From assembly GCA_963739455.1 (NCBI GenBank), contig CAVUAK010000003.1, positions 192,001 to 256,000 on the forward strand: DNA of 64,000 bases. Direction: 5' to 3'. The translations under genes and the position numbers were made by a program. Under the pieces are notes generated by a model, which was not told the origin of the DNA, searched no databases, and saw nothing but the letters and a program-made list of their open reading frames with translations. Source of the DNA: an uncultured Gemmatimonadales bacterium. Lineage in GTDB: Bacteria; Gemmatimonadota; Gemmatimonadetes; Gemmatimonadales; GWC2-71-9. Positions 57,751-64,000 of this stretch are shown here, piece after piece (positions within the stretch are counted from its first letter, which is position 1; each line of letters begins with the position of its first letter).

Positions 57751-60009
57751 ATGTCCGGTAACCATCCAAGCCCTGCCTTTGGCACGGCTGACCTTACCAA
57801 CTGCGATCGGGAACTCATTCAGCTCCCCGGCTCCGTTCAGCCGCACGGGGTCCTGCTGATCCTGCATCCTGAGCACCTGCGCGTCCTGCAGGCCTCCTCG
57901 AATGCCGAGGCGATCCTGGGTTCGTGGGGGGCATCGCCGCTGGGCAAGACCATCGATTCCCTGGACCCTGAGCTCGGTCTGCTGATCCGCCGCCTTCGGC
58001 ACAGCGACGAGCTGGCGGGGATCGTGCCTGCCGTGGCCCGTGCCGAGGATGAGAATGGGGTCCGGACGCTGGAGGCGATGATCCACCGGCTTCCCCGCGA
58101 GGGCATCGCCGTTGAGCTCGAGCCGGTGGCGCCCGACCCGGCAGGACGCTCGGCCGCTGAGGTGGCGCGGCAGGTATCCCAGATGCTCACCGATGGGATC
58201 GCTGCCATCAGCGTGGCGCCATCCCATGCGGCCCTGTATGGCGAGGTTGTGCGCGTCATGCGCGCCCTCTGCGGGTACGATCGCGTGATGGTGTACAAGT
58301 TTGATCCTGAGGGACACGGCGAAATCGTCGGCGAGGCGCGCCTCAACGACCTCGAGCCCTTCCTCGGCCTGCACTATCCCTCGAGCGACATTCCGCATCA
58401 GGCACGCGAGCTCTACCTGCGCAACCGGGTCCGCGTGCTGGTCGATGTCTCGTACCAGCCGGCGCAGCTCTTCCCGCGGCTCTCACCGATCACCGGAGCG
58501 GAAGTGGACATGTCGATGTCCTCGCTCCGCAGCATGTCGCCGCTGCACTTGCAATACCTCTCGAACATGGGTGTTCGCGCCACGCTGGTGACCTCGCTCG
58601 CCATCGGCGACCGGCTCTGGGGCCTGATTGCCTGTCACCACTATGCGCCCCGCTGGCTGCCGTACGAGGTGCGCGCCGCCGCCGGTATCCTGTCCGAGAT
58701 GGTGGCAGCGCGTCTTGCGGCTCTCGACAGCGTCGCGGCGACCGAGACGGAACACATCGTCCGCACCCTGGAGGACCAGGTGGTGGACTCGCTGGCTACC
58801 ACCGGCGACTGGCGCAATGCGCTGTTCGCCACGCCGCACCTGCTCCTGCAGACCGTGCGCGCGACCGGTGCTGCGCTGGTGCACGACGGGGCCCTCATCA
58901 CCACCGGCGAAGTGCCGTCGTCGGACGACATCCGGGCCGTGGTGCGCTGGCTGGAGGAGCAGCATCCCGGCGAGCCGGTGGTGCGAAGTGACGCGATGAG
59001 TCGCTCGGAGCCAACCCTCCGGCACATCGCAGGAGCGGCTGCCGGCGTGATGGCCATCGCGCTGTCGGCCAGGTCGCGAGACTACCTGCTCTGGTTCCGT
59101 CCGGAACAGCACCAGACGATCCGGTGGGCCGGTGACCCGCGCAAGCCGGTCGACCCCAATGACCCGAAGCAGCTGTCGCCGCGACGCTCCTTCGCGGTGT
59201 GGACCGAGGTGACGCGCGGCTCCTGCCGGCCGTGGACCGAGTCCGAAGAGGGCACGGCGCGCGCGATCCGCTCGTCGCTGGTGGACATGGTGCAGCAGGT
59301 GCAGGCGGTGCGGGTGCTGATCGCGCAGGAGCAGTTCTCGCGCATGATGCAGGTGGTGCAGCTCGCGTCCGAACCCACGCTCATCATGAGCCGCGCGGGC
59401 CAGGTCGTGCTGGTGAACGACGCCTTCCGGGCACTGCTGGGGCCGATGCCCACCGACCTGACGTCGGCCGAGGACCTGTCGCGGCTGCTGGGAGATGACG
59501 GCGCGGTGAACGCCATGCTCACGGCGGTGCGGGCGGAGCAGCGTCCGTGGGCCGGGGAGCTGCTCCTCACGACGCCGGACGGTGAGCGGGTGCCGCTCGC
59601 GGTGCGGGCTGATCCGGTGCCGGGCGATGACGGGATGGAACTGGGCTGCATCATCTTCGCGTCCGACGAGCGTCCGCGCCGGAAGGCGGAGGCGGCGCAG
59701 CAGCGCGTGCAGGACAGCCTGCTCGAGGCGCATCGTCGCTCGACCCGCTCCACACCCGTCGACGCGGACACGGCGCGCGGTTTCGGCGCGATGATGGATG
59801 CGATCCTGAGCACGGCGCGCCGTTCGTTCACGGACATCAGCGGCGAACCAGGAACGCACCCGCTGCCCTCGGCGCTGGCGAGCGTCGAGGACATGACGCG
59901 CCGCGCCGCCGCGATGGCGCTGCACCTCGAGGGGTATACGGCGGCGCGCCGCAAGCGGCAGTCCGTGGTCGTGAAGGATCCCGCTGGCGGGTCAGGGCAG
60001 CGCGGCTGA
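57751..60009 (+). CDS. bphP: Bacteriophytochrome, PAS-GAF-PHY plus PAS/PAC and helical tail, no His kinase
   Basis: N-terminal TNCDRE Cys, QPHG, YDRVMVY, SDIP, SPLHLQY, WAG, PRRSF. Confidence 0.93.
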   Translation: MSGNHPSPAFGTADLTNCDRELIQLPGSVQPHGVLLILHPEHLRVLQASSNAEAILGSWGASPLGKTIDSLDPELGLLIRRLRHSDELAGIVPAVARAEDENGVRTLEAMIHRLPREGIAVELEPVAPDPAGRSAAEVARQVSQMLTDGIAAISVAPSHAALYGEVVRVMRALCGYDRVMVYKFDPEGHGEIVGEARLNDLEPFLGLHYPSSDIPHQARELYLRNRVRVLVDVSYQPAQLFPRLSPITGAEVDMSMSSLRSMSPLHLQYLSNMGVRATLVTSLAIGDRLWGLIACHHYAPRWLPYEVRAAAGILSEMVAARLAALDSVAATETEHIVRTLEDQVVDSLATTGDWRNALFATPHLLLQTVRATGAALVHDGALITTGEVPSSDDIRAVVRWLEEQHPGEPVVRSDAMSRSEPTLRHIAGAAAGVMAIALSARSRDYLLWFRPEQHQTIRWAGDPRKPVDPNDPKQLSPRRSFAVWTEVTRGSCRPWTESEEGTARAIRSSLVDMVQQVQAVRVLIAQEQFSRMMQVVQLASEPTLIMSRAGQVVLVNDAFRALLGPMPTDLTSAEDLSRLLGDDGAVNAMLTAVRAEQRPWAGELLLTTPDGERVPLAVRADPVPGDDGMELGCIIFASDERPRRKAEAAQQRVQDSLLEAHRRSTRSTPVDADTARGFGAMMDAILSTARRSFTDISGEPGTHPLPSALASVEDMTRRAAAMALHLEGYTAARRKRQSVVVKDPAGGSGQRG

Positions 60010-60060
60010 CGCCAGCGTAACCGACCCGACGCGTTAGGAAGGGCGTGGTGCAACGTATCC

Positions 60061-60086
60061 GGACGGGGTCCCTCGGGACCCCGTCC
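60061..60086 (+). terminator. Hairpin or terminator after bphP
   Basis: GGACGGGGTCCC-TC-GGGACCCCGTCC followed by TTGCTATATT. Confidence 0.65.
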
Positions 60087-60157
60087 TTGCTATATTGCGG
60101 GCTCTTGCGGCGCCCCCGTGGTGCTGCCCGGTGACTATTCCATTGTGAGGCTACTGT

Positions 60158-60592
60158 ATGCGATTGACTCGAAGGGGAGCCACTGTGGGCGCGGCGCTCT
60201 TTGCGCTGACAGCGATGGTGACGCTCGCCGCCTGCAGCGATGACAACAACGGGCCGACGCGCGTCTATCTGACGGGCGACTACACGGTGACTGGCCTGTG
60301 GCAGGGTGCTCCGGGCGACACGCCGAATCCGCAGCCCGTGGGTCCGGGCGCGACCGCGGTCCTCACCACCACGAACTACAACATCAACATCCCGGCCATC
60401 GAGACCGTAACTACCGGCACCTACGCGGCCTTCAGTGACGGCACCTTTACGCAGGATGGCACCGTCACCATCGCTGGCGGCGCACCGCAGGACATCCAGT
60501 GCACCGGGACGTTCACCGATGTTTCAAATGTCGTGACGGTCAACACCATCTGTCTCGGCCAGCGCACCGTGACGGTGCTCCAGCGGGACTGA
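60158..60592 (+). CDS. Hypothetical Thr-rich lipoprotein
   Basis: LAAC lipobox; beta-rich with a Cys pair. Confidence 0.7.
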   Translation: MRLTRRGATVGAALFALTAMVTLAACSDDNNGPTRVYLTGDYTVTGLWQGAPGDTPNPQPVGPGATAVLTTTNYNINIPAIETVTTGTYAAFSDGTFTQDGTVTIAGGAPQDIQCTGTFTDVSNVVTVNTICLGQRTVTVLQRD

Positions 60593-60613
60593 CGATTGCG
60601 CAGTGGGTGCGAG

Positions 60614-62800
60614 ATGAACACGCCGCACTTCGTGGGTAACGGGCGAGGGACTTCCCTCGCCCGTGTCGCTCTGGCGCTGGGTGTCCTGCTCCTGGCTGCC
60701 TCGGGCGCCAGCGCGCAGACCGCCTCAATCAACGGCGTCGTCCGCGATGCGGAGACCGGCGTCGCCGTCGAGGGAGCGTCGGTGCAGGTCCGCGGTACGC
60801 TCCTCAGTACCGTCACCAATGGAGAGGGACAGTTTTCGCTCTCCGGTGTCCCGGTCACACCACACACCGTTCGAGTCATCGCCATCGGCTATGCGGCCGA
60901 CAGCATTCCCGGGTTGACGCTCACCGCAGGCGAGAACCGGACGCTCGCGATCTCGATGCATCGCACGCCGCTCGACCTGCAGGAGATCGTCGTCACGGCG
61001 AGCCGCCTCTCGGAGCGCCGCGCCGAGACGCCGGCGAGCGTGTCGGTGCTGCCCTTCAGCGAGATCCTCAGCCGCAATGTCACCTTCCTCAACCGGGCTC
61101 TCGAGTTCGTGCCAGGGGTGACGTTCAACGGTCCCGACCAGATGGACATCCGCGGTTCCACCGGCTTTGCGCGCGGTGTCGGGAGTCGGGTCCTCATGCT
61201 GGTGGATGGGCACCCGGCACTCACCGCCGATGGCGGCGAGATCAATTTCCGGGCGTTGCCCGTCATCGACCTCGCACGGACCGAAGTGGTGAAGGGGGCC
61301 TACTCGGCGCTGTACGGCAGCAATGCACTGGGTGGCGTGGTCAACCTGATCACCACGCCGGTGAACAGCCAGCCCACCACTTCGGCCAGGGCCAATTTCG
61401 CTGCCTATGACGTGCCGTCGGGATATCGCTGGAACGATGGACTGCTGAACTCGCAGGGGCTGGAACTGCAGCATGGACGACAGCTCGGTCCGGTGGGCGC
61501 CCGCGCGTACGTCGGGTACCAGGGCACCGACGGATACACCCAGAACGGCCAGAACCACATCTGGATGACGCGCCTCAAGTTCCAGTCGAAGCCGACGGCC
61601 GCGCACCAGTGGGATGCCTTCGCCCTCTACACCAACGAGAAGTCGCAGGAATTCCTCACTTGGCGCGCCGACAGCCTGCCATACGAGGTGTCCCCCCAGT
61701 TCCTGGGAGACTACGCCCGCGACCAGGTGTTCCTCTCGGGGGCGACGGTAGCGGCGGTGGCCACGGCGAGGACGCTGCTGAAGTTCAGCCCGTTCCTCAC
61801 CTGGAACTCGTCGCAGAACCACTTTACCGAGAACCAGGATCACCACGCCGCGATCAAGCCGGGGATGGTGGTGGCGCTCACGCAGGCCCTCAGCCCGAAG
61901 AACAGCCTCACACTGGGTGCCGACGGGGCCTTTACGTCCGTCAGCTCGAACTTCATCGGGTCGCCGCACATCGTGGACGCGGCGATGTTCGTCCAGGACG
62001 AGATGCGGTTCAGCGGCAACCTGCGGGGTGAGGCGGGCATGCGTGCCGACTATCACAACGCCAACACCGCGCTCTCGGAGTTCGTGGTGAGCCCCAAGAT
62101 CGGCGCCTCACTCCGGCTGTCGCACGCCGTCACCCTCCGCAGTTCGATCGGGGCAGGGTACCGGGCGCCCAGTGCCATCGAGCAGTTCGTGAACACCTTC
62201 CAGTTCGGCTTCCAGGTACTCCCGAACCCGACGCTGCAGGGTGAGCGTTCCTGGTCGGCGGAGGTGGGAACGAACGCGGTGCTGTGGAACAAGGTGCAGG
62301 TCGACGCCGCGGTGTTCGGGAGCCGGTACTACAACCTGATCGGCCCCTCTGCCATTCCCGGCCAGATCCCGCTCGTGTTCCAGTTCCAGAACATCTCCAA
62401 TGCGCGAGTGCTCGGCATCGACGTTGGCGCCAATGCCACGATCAATCCGCGCTGGCTCAACGTCGCGGCGACGTTCCTGTACCTGAACAGCGAGGACCTG
62501 GATACCGGTCGGCCGCTGCCATATCGGTCGAAATTCAACGTGACGGGCACCGTGACGACGCTGCAGGGTCGTGCCGGCGTCGACGTTCACTACCGGACAG
62601 TGGCGGAAGAGGTACTCGCGTTCCCGCTCGACCCACGGCAGAACATCCTCGTGTTCGATGTGCGGCTTGAGCAGAGGCTGGTGGGGGTGTTGTGGCAGTT
62701 GAAGGTGTCGAACTTGTTCAATACCTTCTACACCGATGTGCTGGAACGAAATCCGAGCGCGCCGAGGATGGTCGGGTTGACGGCAGTCTACGGTCTTTGA
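60614..62800 (+). CDS. TonB-dependent receptor with N-terminal carboxypeptidase-like domain
   Basis: Signal peptide, EIVVTASR, DIRG, EVVKGAYSALYGSNALGGVVN plug motifs. Confidence 0.92.
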   Translation: MNTPHFVGNGRGTSLARVALALGVLLLAASGASAQTASINGVVRDAETGVAVEGASVQVRGTLLSTVTNGEGQFSLSGVPVTPHTVRVIAIGYAADSIPGLTLTAGENRTLAISMHRTPLDLQEIVVTASRLSERRAETPASVSVLPFSEILSRNVTFLNRALEFVPGVTFNGPDQMDIRGSTGFARGVGSRVLMLVDGHPALTADGGEINFRALPVIDLARTEVVKGAYSALYGSNALGGVVNLITTPVNSQPTTSARANFAAYDVPSGYRWNDGLLNSQGLELQHGRQLGPVGARAYVGYQGTDGYTQNGQNHIWMTRLKFQSKPTAAHQWDAFALYTNEKSQEFLTWRADSLPYEVSPQFLGDYARDQVFLSGATVAAVATARTLLKFSPFLTWNSSQNHFTENQDHHAAIKPGMVVALTQALSPKNSLTLGADGAFTSVSSNFIGSPHIVDAAMFVQDEMRFSGNLRGEAGMRADYHNANTALSEFVVSPKIGASLRLSHAVTLRSSIGAGYRAPSAIEQFVNTFQFGFQVLPNPTLQGERSWSAEVGTNAVLWNKVQVDAAVFGSRYYNLIGPSAIPGQIPLVFQFQNISNARVLGIDVGANATINPRWLNVAATFLYLNSEDLDTGRPLPYRSKFNVTGTVTTLQGRAGVDVHYRTVAEEVLAFPLDPRQNILVFDVRLEQRLVGVLWQLKVSNLFNTFYTDVLERNPSAPRMVGLTAVYGL

Positions 62801-62826
62801 AGGGTCTTCTTCCCGCTTCCCGCCGT

Positions 62827-63735
62827 TTATAGAATCCGCAGGCCGAACGCGCTCGTAACAAGTCCCACACACAAGTCCGCAGTGCGGTTCATCGAGTCGA
62901 GTACCGGGTTGATCTCCACGATATCCATCGATACCAGCTTGCCCGCATCGGCTACCATCTCCATGGCGAGGTGTGCCTCCCGATAGGTGGCACCGCCACG
63001 GACCGGCGTGCCGACGCCGGGGGCCTGAGCCGGGTCGACCCAGTCGGCATCGCAGGACAGGTGGAATCCCGCCGTTCCGTTCGAGGCGATGTCGATGGCC
63101 TCGCGCATCACGTCCTTGAGTCCGCGCTCGTCGACATCGCGCATGGTGAAGACCTTGACCCCGAACTGACGGATATTCGCCCGCTCGGCGGGGTCGAGGT
63201 CGCGCACGCCGACGAGCACGGTGTGCTTCGCCAGGATGGCCGGGGCGGGATGGGCCAGGTTCACCATGGCGGGGTCACCGTGCCCCACGAGGTGGGCGAC
63301 AGGCATGCCGTGGACGTTGCCGGTCTCGGATGACGTGGGGGTATTGAGGTCGCCGTGGGCGTCGAGCCAGATGAGCCCGATGCGCTCCTTCCGCTCGGCG
63401 AACGCCGTGGCGACGCCAGCCACGGAACCGGCGCCCAGCGAGTGATCACCGCCGAGCACAAGGGGTGCGAACCCGTCGCGAACCGCCGCCGCGGTGCGCT
63501 CGCTCAGGACCCGGCACACTTCGGTGATGGCGGGGAGCAGGTCGAGGGCGGTGTTGATGTTGGGCAGCGCCTCGCGCTCCGGTACGCGGATGTTCCCGGT
63601 GTCCTCCACCTCGTGTCCCAGGGCCTCGAGCCGCGCCTCGAGCTGGGCGATGCGCAGGGCCGACGGCCCCATGTCGACGCCGCGGCGGCTGGCACCGAGG
63701 TCGAGCGGGACACCAATGATGCGAATGCGACCCAT
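62827..63735 (-). CDS. rocF: Arginase
   Basis: GVDMGP, GGDHS, WLDAHGD, HGMP, PGVGTPV, VEINP. Confidence 0.95.
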   Translation of the reverse strand: MGRIRIIGVPLDLGASRRGVDMGPSALRIAQLEARLEALGHEVEDTGNIRVPEREALPNINTALDLLPAITEVCRVLSERTAAAVRDGFAPLVLGGDHSLGAGSVAGVATAFAERKERIGLIWLDAHGDLNTPTSSETGNVHGMPVAHLVGHGDPAMVNLAHPAPAILAKHTVLVGVRDLDPAERANIRQFGVKVFTMRDVDERGLKDVMREAIDIASNGTAGFHLSCDADWVDPAQAPGVGTPVRGGATYREAHLAMEMVADAGKLVSMDIVEINPVLDSMNRTADLCVGLVTSAFGLRIL

Positions 63736-63798
63736 GCATGGCTCCGGGTTGGCGGGCACGTCGATTCGGGGAGGATAATAGCGTATTCTTCCCGGCGG

Positions 63799-64000
63799 AT
63801 GACCCTCGACGACCTGCTCGGATCCATCGGTCCCCTCTGGCCCACACTGCTCGCCGCGCTCGGCATCCTTGTCGCGCTGGGCACGTCGGCGCACATCGTC
63901 CTCTTCAAGAGCGACGTGCGCGCGGCGATCGGCTGGGCGGGACTGGTGTGGCTGGCCCCATTTGTCGGCGCGATCCTGTACTGGCTGCTCGGCATCAACC
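63799..64000 (+). CDS. cls: Cardiolipin synthase N-terminus, 3'-partial
   Basis: AHIVLFK.DVRAAIGW...PFVGAILYWLLGIN (PLDc_N pattern). Confidence 0.7.
   Translation, partial: MTLDDLLGSIGPLWPTLLAALGILVALGTSAHIVLFKSDVRAAIGWAGLVWLAPFVGAILYWLLGIN

Overview
High-GC bacterial DNA whose core (about 11.1-60.0 kb) is a type-II anoxygenic photosynthesis gene cluster (PGC). It most likely comes from a phototrophic Gemmatimonadota (inference): the H subunit is split into two genes, one LH beta gene is followed by two different LH alpha genes, acsF lies between bchFNBHLM and lhaA-puhABC, and puhE is separate. Gene order: hemB-hemL-hemY-crtB-MTase-bchI-bchD-puhE > bchCXYZ > < bchO | pufB-pufA(h)-pufA(1)-pufL-pufM-pufC > < puhC-puhB-puhA(cyt)-puhA(TM)-lhaA-acsF-bciE-like-bchM-L-H-B-N-F | aerR-ppsR > bchG-bch2-bciB-bchP-crtE-tspO-hemA-C-D-E-F > bphP. 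Five features stand out. (1) PufM carries an in-frame C-terminal OmpA-like peptidoglycan-binding domain. (2) The whole C5 route from Glu-tRNA to protoporphyrin IX sits inside the PGC behind PpsR boxes. (3) A cysteine-free PpsR occurs together with a kinase-less bacteriophytochrome and AerR. (4) Inverted heptamer-repeat elements are translated inside bchY and bchB. (5) Hairpins in the puf operon fit a graded subunit stoichiometry. Four apparent frameshifts (hemL twice, hemY, tspO) are probably sequencing errors. The flanks hold ordinary genes: outer-membrane proteins, a DUF4136-like pair, tRNA-Ile, an M13 peptidase, a TonB receptor, arginase and a cls N-terminus. All calls come from motif recognition by eye, with no database searches.
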